A DNA stretch of 63,825 nt, filler included, from 7 parts of 7 records of this genome joined end to end with filler, not necessarily neighbours in it, one strand, 5' to 3'. Counted from the whole stretch's first letter, positions 27,676 to 37,960 are shown. Notes: generated by a model from the letters alone, not told the origin. Made by a program: numbers and translations.

Positions 27676-30036
27676 TCACATCTTCAGGCCATGGGCCTTT
27701 ATTTTTTTGAAAAGTGTCTTGCGGTTGATGTTCAGGATCTCGGCCGTTTTGCCCCGATGCCAGTTGAGTCGAATCAGCGCTTGCTCGATATAGGCTTTTT
27801 CAAAATTTTCCATGGCTTTCCGAAGATCGGTAAAGCCTTCGATGTTTTGATCCTCCTCCTTCCTCATCCCCTGCTCCCGGGAAACCAGGCCTGCAAAATC
27901 AAGCTTTTTCAATGTGACATAGCGGTTCAACACATTCTGCAGCTCCCGGACATTTCCCGGCCAGTCATAGCTTCTAAACGCCTCAATGATATTCCCGGTG
28001 ACCGGCGGCAGGATTTCGGGATCGTATTTGTCCAGAAAATGCTCTATGAGCAGGGCGATATCTTCCTTGCGCTTCCTGAGCGGGGGAAGAAAGATGGGAA
28101 CGATGTGAATCCGGTAATAAAAATCCCGCCGCATGAGCCCTTTTTTGACCAGGGACTCCAGATCCTTGTTGGTGGCCGCCACGATCCGGATATCCGGCGT
28201 TCTGACCCCGGTGCCGCCCACCGGCGTAAATCCGCCGCCCTCGATGGCCCGCAAAAGCATCACCTGCATGTTCAGATCGATATCTCCGATCTCATCCAGA
28301 AACAGGGTGCCGCCGTCCGCCCGGTCCATAAACCCGGTTTTGTCTGCATCCGCGCCCGTGAACGCTCCTTTTTTGTGACCAAAGAACTCACTTTCCAGCA
28401 GATTTGCCGGAATGGCCCCGCAGTTTACCGGCACAAAGGCCCCCTGGCTCCGGTCGCTCATGTCATGGATGGCACGGGCCACCAGCTCCTTGCCTGTACC
28501 GGATTCGCCATAGAGAATCACATGTTCATGGGTGGCGGCCGCCTTGAGTATCATCTCATACACTTCCTGCATGACCTGGCTTTTCCCCACAATATCACCA
28601 AACCGGAACCGCTCTTTCATGGCCGACCTCAGCCGGACATTCTCACAGCGCAGTCTTATTTCCTCCTCCTGCTGCCCGGTTACATCGGTGATAAACCCCT
28701 CCAGGATGGGAGTTGCGCCATCCAGGCTTCGGGATGCCACCCCATAATCGCAAACCCACTTGTATCCCCCGGCCCGGGTTTTCATGCGGTACAGATAGGG
28801 ATACCCGTTTTCCGGTTCCGGATGGCTTTCAATGGCCGGAAAGTCATCCGGACAAACCAGCTTTTTAAAGGTTCGGATGCCCTGGTCCGCAAGGTATTCC
28901 GGCGTGTATCCCAGCAGCCTTTCGCAGCCGCTGCTGATAAATTCAATTGTCCGTTCATCATCGGTCCGGGACCGGTAAACCATGCCGGGCAGGTTGTCCA
29001 TGAGGGTGGTAAGCTGTCTCTGGTGCGCTTCAAGGACCTGCTCAGTCTTTTCCCGCTTTCTGACCTCCCGGTTCAGGATCTCGTTTTTTTCTGAAAGGGC
29101 AAGGGTCTTCCTGCGCACCTGCATCTCGAGCAGAAGACTGCTCAGCAAAAACAGGAGGGCCAGGCAGCCCGCACCGGCCAGGGTATATGCCGCCCACCTG
29201 GGCACCAGCCAATCCCGGGACATGGCCTCCAGCCGGCTCACGGTCCACTTGTCAAGGGCTTCATGGTAAATGGATTCCGGATCTGATTTCAACGCGACCA
29301 GGTGACGGTCGATGGCATCGGTCAGATCATTGTTCCGGCCTTTGGCAACGGCAAACCTGAGTTCCGTGGGCATAAAGATGATGGCGGTTTTCTCCGCCCG
29401 GTACCGGCGGGCGTGCTGCAAGGCAAAGATATTGCTCGAAACCCCGGCATCCACCTCTCCCCCCTCCACAAGCCGGAAGATGGTGTCATAATCCTCGGCT
29501 TCAACAATCTCGCAGGTGAGGCCCGTCTGTTTCAGGATTTTTCTGAGATATTCCGAGAAGACACCGTTTTTATAAAACGCGACTTTCTTTCCGTCAAGGG
29601 CTGCAATGGACTCAATTTTCAAATTTTTCCGGGCGTAGAGGCGTCCCCAGTTGGTCATGAAGGTTTCCCGGTTGAAATCAAAAAAGCGGGCACGGTCTTC
29701 GGAATAGGCAATGCCGATCATCAGGTCGATCTTCCCGTTTTTCAGCCGCTCGAGGTTCTCGGTCCAGTTCCCGTTCACATACTCAAGCTGCCATTTTTCC
29801 GCCTTTGCCATGTGCTCAAGGACTTCAATATAAAGCCCCCCGGCTTTTCCGTCCAATGACCGGAAGACAAAAGGCTTGTAATCGTACACCCCGACCCGGA
29901 CCGGAACATCCCCGCGGGATGGGACCGGCGCCAGCAGCAAGAGGCTGAAGAAGATCAACAGTATATTTTGTTTCACAAGTCCACCTGTCCGCCTGAAAAC
30001 ATCATAAAGCTGTCTCCGGCTGCTTAAAAAGTTCAT
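27676..30036 (-). CDS. One-component sigma54 enhancer-binding protein: periplasmic amino-acid-binding domain, TM, PAS, AAA+, Fis-HTH
   Basis: YDYKPF...GLYIEVL PBP domain, [36 protein letters not shown]. Confidence 0.92.
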   Translation of the reverse strand: MNFLSSRRQLYDVFRRTGGLVKQNILLIFFSLLLLAPVPSRGDVPVRVGVYDYKPFVFRSLDGKAGGLYIEVLEHMAKAEKWQLEYVNGNWTENLERLKNGKIDLMIGIAYSEDRARFFDFNRETFMTNWGRLYARKNLKIESIAALDGKKVAFYKNGVFSEYLRKILKQTGLTCEIVEAEDYDTIFRLVEGGEVDAGVSSNIFALQHARRYRAEKTAIIFMPTELRFAVAKGRNNDLTDAIDRHLVALKSDPESIYHEALDKWTVSRLEAMSRDWLVPRWAAYTLAGAGCLALLFLLSSLLLEMQVRRKTLALSEKNEILNREVRKREKTEQVLEAHQRQLTTLMDNLPGMVYRSRTDDERTIEFISSGCERLLGYTPEYLADQGIRTFKKLVCPDDFPAIESHPEPENGYPYLYRMKTRAGGYKWVCDYGVASRSLDGATPILEGFITDVTGQQEEEIRLRCENVRLRSAMKERFRFGDIVGKSQVMQEVYEMILKAAATHEHVILYGESGTGKELVARAIHDMSDRSQGAFVPVNCGAIPANLLESEFFGHKKGAFTGADADKTGFMDRADGGTLFLDEIGDIDLNMQVMLLRAIEGGGFTPVGGTGVRTPDIRIVAATNKDLESLVKKGLMRRDFYYRIHIVPIFLPPLRKRKEDIALLIEHFLDKYDPEILPPVTGNIIEAFRSYDWPGNVRELQNVLNRYVTLKKLDFAGLVSREQGMRKEEDQNIEGFTDLRKAMENFEKAYIEQALIRLNWHRGKTAEILNINRKTLFKKIKAHGLKM

Positions 30037-30115
30037 TTTACAAAAACCACCGTACCCATTTCACGGTAAGCCCAAAAACACAACTTTTTTTTGGGCTTGA
30101 CAGGGGATCGCGCCA

Positions 30116-30667
30116 TTGGCAATAGTAATAACAGCTATGATAAACAACAGCCCCAACCAGCCCGGGAAGAAACAGATAAGAAGACCCTACATCATCGATG
30201 TGGAAGCGTCGGGGTTCGGCCAGGGCAGCTACCCCATCGAAATCGGCCTCGCCCTGGAGCCGGGGGAACGCTACTGCTCCCTCCTGAACCCGGCCCCGGA
30301 GTGGACCCATTGGGATGAAAACGCCGAAAAGATCCATTGCGTGACCCGGGAGTGCCTGCTTCTCAACGGCAGCCCCATTGCCCAGGTGGCAAACGACCTC
30401 AACCGGCTTTTGAAAGACAAAACCATATACAGCGACGGATGGGTGGTGGACAAACCCTGGCTCACAACCCTGTTTTATGCGGCAAAGGTTCACCAGCGCT
30501 TCTCCATCAGCCCCATCGAGCTAATACTCTCAGAAGACCAGATGGCCATCTGGGACGACACAAAGGCCCGGGTCACCCGGGAGCTGGCGCTCAGGCGGCA
30601 TCGGGCAAGCGCCGATGCCCTGATCGTCCAGGAGACCTATGTGAGAACCCGGGCAAAGACCTGCTGA
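30116..30667 (+). CDS. Stand-alone DEDDh 3'-5' exonuclease-family protein (start may be ATG 30137)
   Basis: IIDVEASG...YPIEIG, DKPWL, HRASADA. Confidence 0.8.
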   Translation: MAIVITAMINNSPNQPGKKQIRRPYIIDVEASGFGQGSYPIEIGLALEPGERYCSLLNPAPEWTHWDENAEKIHCVTRECLLLNGSPIAQVANDLNRLLKDKTIYSDGWVVDKPWLTTLFYAAKVHQRFSISPIELILSEDQMAIWDDTKARVTRELALRRHRASADALIVQETYVRTRAKTC

Positions 30668-30850
30668 CCCACGGCTTCGGTTTGCCTGCTCTCATCCATT
30701 TCCACGGGAGCCGCTGTCGCGGAAGAACCGGAAACCAGTCATTTTCAGATGTCATTGTTCCATCCCATTCAGCTTGTTCCCGAAGATCAGGATATCAGCG
30801 GCCTGCGCCTGAACCTTCTTTACGGTGTAAACCGCAACGTTACCGGCCTG
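30668..30850 (+). pseudogene. Relic of an exported LA_2272/VC2662-like surface-repeat protein
   Basis: Frame reads ASVCLLSSISTGAAVAEEPETSHFQMSLFHPIQLVPEDQDISGLRLNLLYGVNRNVTGL: signal-peptide tail without a start codon, and similarity ends at a T-run. Confidence 0.5.
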
Positions 30851-31026
30851 TTTTTTTTCCATGAACATAGTTTCACGGAACCTCAAAATATGCTTAAACT
30901 GCAAAGAGATGTATCTGAACGATTCGTCGGTTTTTTTCGTGACATAGGCGAAAATACCGGGGGATGTTCTTGGAGACCGGCAGGTGTGCCGGACCTTTTG
31001 ATGATTTTTTTGAAAGGATTCGAACT

Positions 31027-31872
31027 ATGCAGCAAGATATTTATGCGGACAGTTGGGAAAAGCTTCAGGATGAGCTCTTCCGGGGGGCGTGGAATGACGA
31101 TATTCGGCGGTTCCGTTCCCCGTTCGTATTCCGGGGGCTGTCGGACAAGTCTTATAGCCTGCTGACTTCACTGATTCGGCTCGGGGGACCCTATGCCTCC
31201 CTGGAGCGGCATCTTCTGCGAAATTTCAGAAAATACGCCCAGGGCGTTCCCCGGAAGATATCGTCGTTCTGGCACCTTCTGACCATCGCCCAGCATTACG
31301 GTTTGCCCACGCGCCTGATGGACTGGACCTATTCCCCGTACGTAGCCTTGCATTTCGCAACGGAGAATCACGAGAAATTCGATATCGACGGCATCATCTG
31401 GGTGGTGAACTTTCCCCGGGCCCACGATCTATTGCCCGAGGAGCTGCAGAAATATCTTCGAAATGAGGGCGCCCAGGCATTTACCGTGGAACTGCTCTCC
31501 AGTCTGTCCTGCGAACATAACGGGAGGCGTCCGACCGATGACGGAACGTTTCACGATGTGATCCGGCCCCTGGAGGAGTTCGATCAATTCTGTGAATACG
31601 GGGAGTTCCTTCTCTTCTTTGAGCCTCCGTCCGTGGATGAACGGATCGTGAACCAGTTCGCCCTTTTTTCTGTCATGCCGAACCCGAAGCGGGCCATCGA
31701 TGACTGGCTGATAAAGCATCCTGAACTTTTCAGGCGCATCGTGATCCCGGCGTCCAAAAAATGGGAATATAGAGACAAACTCGACCAGTGCAACATTACT
31801 GAAAGGGTCCTGTTTCCGGGACTTGACGGGTTGAGTTCGTGGTTAAAGCGCCATTACAGCCCGAAGACATGA
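31027..31872 (+). CDS. FRG-domain protein
   Basis: FVFRG, AQHYGLPTRLMDWTYSPYVALHFA, RIVNQ, LFPGLDG; ATG 31027 follows AAAGGA. Confidence 0.9.
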   Translation: MQQDIYADSWEKLQDELFRGAWNDDIRRFRSPFVFRGLSDKSYSLLTSLIRLGGPYASLERHLLRNFRKYAQGVPRKISSFWHLLTIAQHYGLPTRLMDWTYSPYVALHFATENHEKFDIDGIIWVVNFPRAHDLLPEELQKYLRNEGAQAFTVELLSSLSCEHNGRRPTDDGTFHDVIRPLEEFDQFCEYGEFLLFFEPPSVDERIVNQFALFSVMPNPKRAIDDWLIKHPELFRRIVIPASKKWEYRDKLDQCNITERVLFPGLDGLSSWLKRHYSPKT

Positions 31873-31906
31873 TAAAAGCTCAAAGGCCGGCTCTGCCTGA
31901 GCGAAG

Positions 31907-32168
31907 CTATAAGGCAGCCAGTGCAGCATATTGCTCGAACAGGCCTTCTTCTTTCATGGCCCTGTACACAGCCCCCAGCTTTGGAACAATTTTTTCGTGT
32001 TTTTTATGAAGAAGCCCGCCGTCTCAAAGTGATCACATAAAAGAAAGGAAAACGGTGGCCAGCCGAGGGAATGGTGACCACAAGTTTTTCGGAAACCTCA
32101 CCGGCAGCGGCAAGGCAGGGTATATACAGCCACAAAAAGAGCACAGAAAGAATTTTTAACAGAGCCAT
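31907..32168 (-). pseudogene. Internally deleted, frameshifted amino-acid ABC substrate-binding protein relic
   Basis: RBS GAGGGAG, then MALLKILSVLFLWLYIPCLAAAGE (signal peptide); GWPPFSF in a second frame; LHKKHEKIVPKLGAVYRAMKEEG in a third frame. Confidence 0.6.
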
Positions 32169-32380
32169 TTTAGAATGGTCTCCCTCAAGGTTGGTATTTT
32201 ACCCGGAATTGCGTTTCCCGCGGGGAAAAATTCGAATCTCGTTATCCCGGAGACGATCATCCCATTGGGTATCAGTCAGGACCGACGCTAATTGTCTATC
32301 ATCTCCATAAATTCAGGAAGCATCATGATGTTGACATCTTTGAACTCATGCCGCCCCGTGAAGCCGCATTTGGGTCGGCA

Positions 32381-33190
32381 CTACTTTCCTACCGGACAAC
32401 TCCACTCACAATTTCGGCAATACTTAGCGACCTTTACCGGTTCAGAGAATCCTTCCGGGACTTGCTCTTTGGCTTCATCCGCATTTTTGCGCATCTCAAT
32501 ATGGCAGGTTGGACGAGCATAGCTGCCGTCCCTTCCCGGCAAAATGTCGTGATTATAGGTCTCCGGTGAATAGATTGGCGTATCAAAAGCATGTTGTGGG
32601 CACGCCTTCCGACAGAGATCATCACACAGAACGCATGGATCGAATCCCGAAGGCCCGGTGGACGGGATGGGAACACTCAGTGCCATGGCACGCAAACGGA
32701 CCCGGGGGCCGAACTCGGGTGTCACCACCATATTGTTCCTTCCAATGCAGCCCAATCCGGCCATGACAGCGGCATCTTTTAAATAGATCCCGCCACACTC
32801 GATGAAATAAGGAAAGTGAAATACATCAATATCGAAATTAGCCGGAATCCACTCACACAACGCTTTAACAGCCTTGACCAGCAACTTGTTCCCAGATGGC
32901 GATATCTGCCCGTACCACCAGTCCATTTCCGGTTTGTCCTTCGGATGCTCCACGGCCACGACAAGGATCGATTTTGCCTCCTCCGGCCATTTCACCTCAC
33001 CGGGATTGAGTTCCATCTCGCCTTCAAGGGTTCCGATGACCTTGTCAACGCCCGGCAATTGGGGAGCGACAATGAATGATGGCGCCACCTTCAGGTCATC
33101 CACATTGGCAAATCCCGCCAGATGTACCCCTGACTGCTTAGCCTTTTTGAGAATGGCAGATGAAGCGGACAGTATTTCCAGATTTGTCAT
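32381..33190 (-). CDS. Epoxyqueuosine-reductase-like (QueG/RdhA superfamily) Fe-S protein
   Basis: KDAAVMAGLGCIGRN...PEFGPRVRL, CVLCDDLCRKACP, CRNCEWSCP. Confidence 0.8.
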   Translation of the reverse strand: MTNLEILSASSAILKKAKQSGVHLAGFANVDDLKVAPSFIVAPQLPGVDKVIGTLEGEMELNPGEVKWPEEAKSILVVAVEHPKDKPEMDWWYGQISPSGNKLLVKAVKALCEWIPANFDIDVFHFPYFIECGGIYLKDAAVMAGLGCIGRNNMVVTPEFGPRVRLRAMALSVPIPSTGPSGFDPCVLCDDLCRKACPQHAFDTPIYSPETYNHDILPGRDGSYARPTCHIEMRKNADEAKEQVPEGFSEPVKVAKYCRNCEWSCPVGK

Positions 33191-33435
33191 ATTTTTCCTT
33201 TCAATGCTTACTTCTTTTCAATCTATTACTACTCCGCCCATTAAATACCAGAATTATGCGGCATAGGCAACTTCAGGATGCCTGCCCGATACCGGCTTCC
33301 CTTGCAATTTCATGTTGGGGCTTTTCACCCGGCAGGGGCTTTTCTGTTTTCCACTTAAAATGGACGGTGTTGTCATTTGTAAATCCGGCCTTACATTTTA
33401 AAAAGGCATTCAGGTGAAAAAAGTTCTGCCATCAC

Positions 33436-33535
33436 NNNNNNNNNNNNNNNNNNNNNNNNNNNNNNNNNNNNNNNNNNNNTTAATTAATTAANNNNNNNNN
33501 NNNNNNNNNNNNNNNNNNNNNNNNNNNNNNNNNNN
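33436..33535. other. Artificial contig spacer
   Basis: N-run/TTAATTAATTAA/N-run. Confidence 0.98.
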
Positions 33536-34711
33536 GATGCCGAACACTTCTTTGACGGCTTTAAAGCCAACCCGGAATTCACCATAAGCTGCCTGAAGGC
33601 TGCACATGAAGCCGGAGCCGACATTCTCATTCTTTGCGACACAAACGGCGGTTCCATGCCTGATGAAGTGGCTGAAGCATGCAGAGTCGTGCAGGAGAAG
33701 ATTCCCGGATGCAGTATCGGAATTCATGCCCACAATGACTGTGAACTGGCAGTAGCCAACTCCCTTGCAGCGGTCAAAAATGGTGCGATCCAGATTCAAG
33801 GAACCATGAACGGATATGGTGAAAGGTGCGGTAATGCCAACCTTTGCTCTATCATCCCCAACCTTGAACTTAAACTCGATTACGAGACCATCGGTAAAGA
33901 TAAGCTGATCAAGCTGAAGGAAACTTCCACTTATATAACAGAGATCGCCAACCTGCGTCCTTTCCTGCGCCAGCCCTTTGTCGGGCAGGCCGCATTTGCA
34001 CATAAGGGTGGCATTCATGTTAGTGCTGTACTCAAGGATTCCACCAGCTACGAACATATTGATCCCCTACTTGTTGGAAATGATCGTAGAGTGCTGCTCT
34101 CCGACCTTTCCGGCAAGAGCAACGTGCTCTACAAGGCCAAGCAGTATGGCTATGATCTTGATAAAAACGATCCTGCGGTTCAGACTATTCTGGCTGACAT
34201 CAAGGAACGTGAATCCATCGGTTTTGAATATTCTGCAGCAGAGGCTTCCTTTGAACTGCTTTTCTTTAAAGCCATGGGTTGGTCCAAGCGTTATTTTGAA
34301 TTCATCAACTTCTTCGTAGTTGATGCCAAGCGCAAAAATGATCTGGAGCCATTTTCCGAGGCAACTGTCATTGTGAAAGTTCACGGACAGGAAAACCATA
34401 CCGCCGCTTCAGGTGATGGTCCGGTTAATGCCCTCGATAAAGCATTGCGAAAAGCACTTGAACCATTCTATCCGTCTTTAAAAGAAGTTCGTTTACAGGA
34501 CTTTAAGGTAAGAGTATTGTCCGGAGCTGTACGTCAGGCAGCGGGAACAAGTTCCAATGTCCGCCTGCTTATTGAATCCACTGACGGCAAAAGCCAGTGG
34601 ACCACCATGGGCGTCAGCCACAACATTATTGAAGCGAGCTGGCAGGCCCTAGTGGACTCCATCAACTACAAGCTCTTCAAGGATGATCCTCAAAAATGGC
34701 CATCAAGATAA
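33536..34711 (+). CDS. cimA: Citramalate synthase (5' truncated)
   Basis: DAEHFFDG, LCDTNGG, HAHND, GYGERCGN, AHKGGIH, SDLSGKSN, C-terminal regulatory domain. Confidence 0.88.
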   Translation, partial: DAEHFFDGFKANPEFTISCLKAAHEAGADILILCDTNGGSMPDEVAEACRVVQEKIPGCSIGIHAHNDCELAVANSLAAVKNGAIQIQGTMNGYGERCGNANLCSIIPNLELKLDYETIGKDKLIKLKETSTYITEIANLRPFLRQPFVGQAAFAHKGGIHVSAVLKDSTSYEHIDPLLVGNDRRVLLSDLSGKSNVLYKAKQYGYDLDKNDPAVQTILADIKERESIGFEYSAAEASFELLFFKAMGWSKRYFEFINFFVVDAKRKNDLEPFSEATVIVKVHGQENHTAASGDGPVNALDKALRKALEPFYPSLKEVRLQDFKVRVLSGAVRQAAGTSSNVRLLIESTDGKSQWTTMGVSHNIIEASWQALVDSINYKLFKDDPQKWPSR

Positions 34712-35535
34712 CAGGACAATACACTGAACCGTGCAGAATATCCGTTCTTTGTGACAATGAATCCCTGAATGCAAACCTCGGTAAGGAATGGGGGCTTTCC
34801 ATGGCCCTTGAACTTCCTGGGAATAACCTCTGGCTCTGGGATTGCAGCGCAAGCGATCTTTTCCTGAAAAATGCTGACACAATGAATGTTGATGTCAGCA
34901 AGGCCAAAGGACTGGCACTCAGTCATGGTCACTGGGATCATACCGGTGGAATGGATGCGCTCATGGAAGCTAATTTCATGGGGCCTGTTTATGCCCACCC
35001 TGATTTTGCAAATAGACGATATACCAAGGAAGATGACGGTTCCGCCAAGGACGCATCTTTCCATTGTGAATATCCGGGAACCATCATTGTCCGCGATGAT
35101 GTGGAGCTGGAAGACGGGCTGTTCATGATCACGGAAATTCCACGTCGCGAAGGTTTATTTGAAGCGACTAAGGATTTATTCATTGACCAGGAAATGAGTC
35201 AGATAGACCATGTCCGTGATGACGCATTTATGCTGCTCATGAGTAATTCCGGTCCGGTTGTAGTACTTGGCTGCTGTCACAGCGGTCTGGCAAACTCGCT
35301 CTACCACATGCGAGATCTAACAGGAATTGATACCGTACACGCTATTATCGGCGGTTTGCACTTGTACTCTGCTGATAAGGCAGAATACGAAAATACAGCT
35401 AAGGTAATTGAGGAGTTCAACCCGAAGATGGTCTCCCCCGGTCACTGTAGTGGAAAAGACGGCTTCGAATTCCTGAAAGAAAGGCTTTCCTGTGAAATCG
35501 TACCCATGGGTTCCGGTTCGGTATATGAATTCTGA
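34696..35535 (+). CDS. MBL-fold metallo-hydrolase
   Basis: SHGHWDHTGG, GCCHSG, GGLHL, GHCSG. Confidence 0.88.
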   Translation: MAIKITGQYTEPCRISVLCDNESLNANLGKEWGLSMALELPGNNLWLWDCSASDLFLKNADTMNVDVSKAKGLALSHGHWDHTGGMDALMEANFMGPVYAHPDFANRRYTKEDDGSAKDASFHCEYPGTIIVRDDVELEDGLFMITEIPRREGLFEATKDLFIDQEMSQIDHVRDDAFMLLMSNSGPVVVLGCCHSGLANSLYHMRDLTGIDTVHAIIGGLHLYSADKAEYENTAKVIEEFNPKMVSPGHCSGKDGFEFLKERLSCEIVPMGSGSVYEF

Positions 35536-35562
35536 TTCTGTAGGCTTAGTTAATCCATAATG

Positions 35563-35597
35563 AAAGGTCCGTTGAAACTCGTTCAACGGACCTTTTT
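35563..35597. terminator. Bidirectional intrinsic terminator
   Basis: AAAGGTCCGTTGAA-actcg-TTCAACGGACCTTT followed by T residues, between convergent genes. Confidence 0.85.
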
Positions 35598-35619
35598 GTT
35601 TTGCAAACTTCAAGACCTA

Positions 35620-37851
35620 TTACAAATCAAACCCAATCATTTTCGCAAGTTCTGGATCATTCTCACCGCTCAATACCTTATCCCAATAGCAGTTCTGCAG
35701 TTGCCAGAGATCAAGCGGCAAATCAATACTCCTCGCCCGTTCAACAACTCCACGAATGCTATCCCAGAGAGTAAGGTCATTGTGCAGCATCGTGCAAAGC
35801 TGCTTGGCCAACTGCTCTATAAAATACTCAAGGTCAGGATGATCCAGCCCAACTTCTCTTATAAAATTAAGTGAATCTTTGCCAATATTATCGCCGGAAA
35901 AAATATAGTTCCAAGCCAGTCCGGCCCACAGTTTACGCCAATACGGTGCCCAAGTCTGAGAGGTCTGGTAGTCTTCAAAGTCATTGAAGAGAACAGGCCC
36001 ACAACCAGTGCTTAATATCTGTGCCTCCCATGCCTTATGGGCAAACCTGTTTACCCATGTAAGCGACAGGGACTGTTTTTTCTTCCATGAAATTTCAGTG
36101 AGCGGGTAATGCTCAATCTGCCCGGCAGGTAAGGATATTTCAACTGATCCGGTAAGGACACGCTCCCCTTTCTCCCATTTCCAACTATATTCTTTTACTT
36201 CCGACTCGAGTTGCCAACGGATTTCAGCCTCACCGCGTGCCATGACAATAGAAGCATCGTTGACCCTGATGAGAACAGATACACCGGGCCATTCAATACG
36301 CCCTTCTTCACCGGGTAAAGGGAAGACCCCTTCTACGTACAAACGAGCCAGAGCCTGGCCAATAAGGCTGCCCGGAGTTTCACTTTGGGGTTTAATCCTG
36401 CTATTCCAAAGATCAGTAGTCGAGCCGTAACGCTCTTCATTGGATCTTGCTTCCCCGGCTATGGATATAAATTTTTCTTCCATACCAATCAGCCCGGTTT
36501 CCTGAGCGATTTCAATCGCCCGTAGAGCAAAACCCATATTGTTGATTGGCTCCAGGCGAGCCAGATCATCGAAGAACCAGCCGCAGCTGGCAAAAGACGA
36601 AAGAGCCCATTTCTGCATGGAAAGAAGCTTCCAGCCCATATCAGCCTCGGCACTACCTTTGGAAACCTTAAAGTTTTTCTTGAAGAATTCACCTTCCGTA
36701 ACAATACCGCTCAGGACAGTTCCATATTCAACCAAAGCCTTGCGGGAATCCTTGAAAATATTATCGCCATGATTGAAATAGTGAGCGTTCATCAAGGCCT
36801 TGATTGCATCCAACCCTTCCCGAAGCGGCTTACGCCATTGCTGATTCCAGTCTGAATGCCCTCCTGTATTGCATCCGCAATCACTACGCCAGCGCTCAAC
36901 ACCGTGATAGCAACTCCATGAAGAATCTTCACGGATCTTCACCTTACGGGTCGGAGGGTGTTTTTCAAGATAAGCACCATAGTTAAGTAACGAAATATCA
37001 TCCCGCTCTTCAATGGCTTGAGCCAATACATAAGCCAACGCCATTTCACCGAATTCCACATGGTGTCCATACGTCTCACCATCTGTCCCAATAGAAAGAA
37101 GCCCTTCTGCGGATGCCCCTGCAAGCTTATTCCAAAATTCGTCACCATTTTTAAGCAGCCCCTCAAAAGCAATGGCCTGAGAAAGGCCGCCATCGTAAAA
37201 GAAAACGGAAATAGTCCTGCCCGAGGGCAATTCTACAAGATATGGTTCTTTTATGTTGAGAGAATATTCATCCACTTCCTGCCAATTATCAGAACCCAGT
37301 TCAGTGATGGCTTCAGCCTGCCGTGGAGCCAGCAGGGTAAATGCGATATTGTGATCAGCAAGAGTTTCAAGGGTGTCTGTATTGCAAGCCGTTTCGGAAA
37401 GCCACATACCTTCAGGTTTACGCTTGAAACGTGATTCAAAATCAGCAATTGCCCAGGCAACCTCTGCATCACGGTCCAACTCTGAAGCTAGAGGCATGAT
37501 CACGTGATGGTAAATCTGGGCTATGGCGTTACCATGCCCCCAGCGTTTAAGGCTCAGAGCATCACCTTCAAGAATCTTGGCATAAAGTGCCGGCTCGGAC
37601 CGTTCAATCCAGCGAAAAAGAGTAGGCCCGACATTAAAGCTCATCCATTCATAACAATTTATGATATCAAAAATGCCGTCACTGCCCATACGTCTGGCCC
37701 ATGCAAGCGGTCCGTAACTTTCACGGCAGATACGCTCATTCCAATGCCGGAACGGAGCTGCACTTCCCTCAGGAAAAATCATATCCAGCCACGGATCTTC
37801 ACGGGGAGGCTGATAAAAATGTCCATGTATGCACAAAGATTTACCCGACAT
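35620..37851 (-). CDS. GH57 / DUF3536 glycoside hydrolase
   Basis: HGHFYQPPRE, GMWLSET, TDGETYGHH, SWSCYHGVERW, SCGWFFDD. Confidence 0.9.
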   Translation of the reverse strand: MSGKSLCIHGHFYQPPREDPWLDMIFPEGSAAPFRHWNERICRESYGPLAWARRMGSDGIFDIINCYEWMSFNVGPTLFRWIERSEPALYAKILEGDALSLKRWGHGNAIAQIYHHVIMPLASELDRDAEVAWAIADFESRFKRKPEGMWLSETACNTDTLETLADHNIAFTLLAPRQAEAITELGSDNWQEVDEYSLNIKEPYLVELPSGRTISVFFYDGGLSQAIAFEGLLKNGDEFWNKLAGASAEGLLSIGTDGETYGHHVEFGEMALAYVLAQAIEERDDISLLNYGAYLEKHPPTRKVKIREDSSWSCYHGVERWRSDCGCNTGGHSDWNQQWRKPLREGLDAIKALMNAHYFNHGDNIFKDSRKALVEYGTVLSGIVTEGEFFKKNFKVSKGSAEADMGWKLLSMQKWALSSFASCGWFFDDLARLEPINNMGFALRAIEIAQETGLIGMEEKFISIAGEARSNEERYGSTTDLWNSRIKPQSETPGSLIGQALARLYVEGVFPLPGEEGRIEWPGVSVLIRVNDASIVMARGEAEIRWQLESEVKEYSWKWEKGERVLTGSVEISLPAGQIEHYPLTEISWKKKQSLSLTWVNRFAHKAWEAQILSTGCGPVLFNDFEDYQTSQTWAPYWRKLWAGLAWNYIFSGDNIGKDSLNFIREVGLDHPDLEYFIEQLAKQLCTMLHNDLTLWDSIRGVVERARSIDLPLDLWQLQNCYWDKVLSGENDPELAKMIGFDL

Positions 37852-37960
37852 ATATACTCCTTACGGTTTGAGTCCAGTTTTGTGGATAGTAACCCAATGA
37901 TTCCATTAAATCCAACAGAAACATAATTGTGACAACATATTAACAGCCAAAACAAAGAAA

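Noticed and set aside
27667-29094. 475-aa plus-strand ORF
   Set aside because: Antisense shadow of the GC-rich bEBP gene with no motifs of its own.
30665-30667. Selenocysteine or readthrough at the nuclease TGA, since the frame stays open afterwards
   Set aside because: The nuclease domain is complete before the stop, the downstream peptide looks like an unrelated exported-protein relic, and I see no SECIS-like hairpin.
33200-33435. Possible cobalamin riboswitch upstream of the QueG-like gene (AAGGGAAGCCGGT on the minus strand)
   Set aside because: The expected following stem-loop and B12 box are not recognisable; an Rfam scan would settle it.
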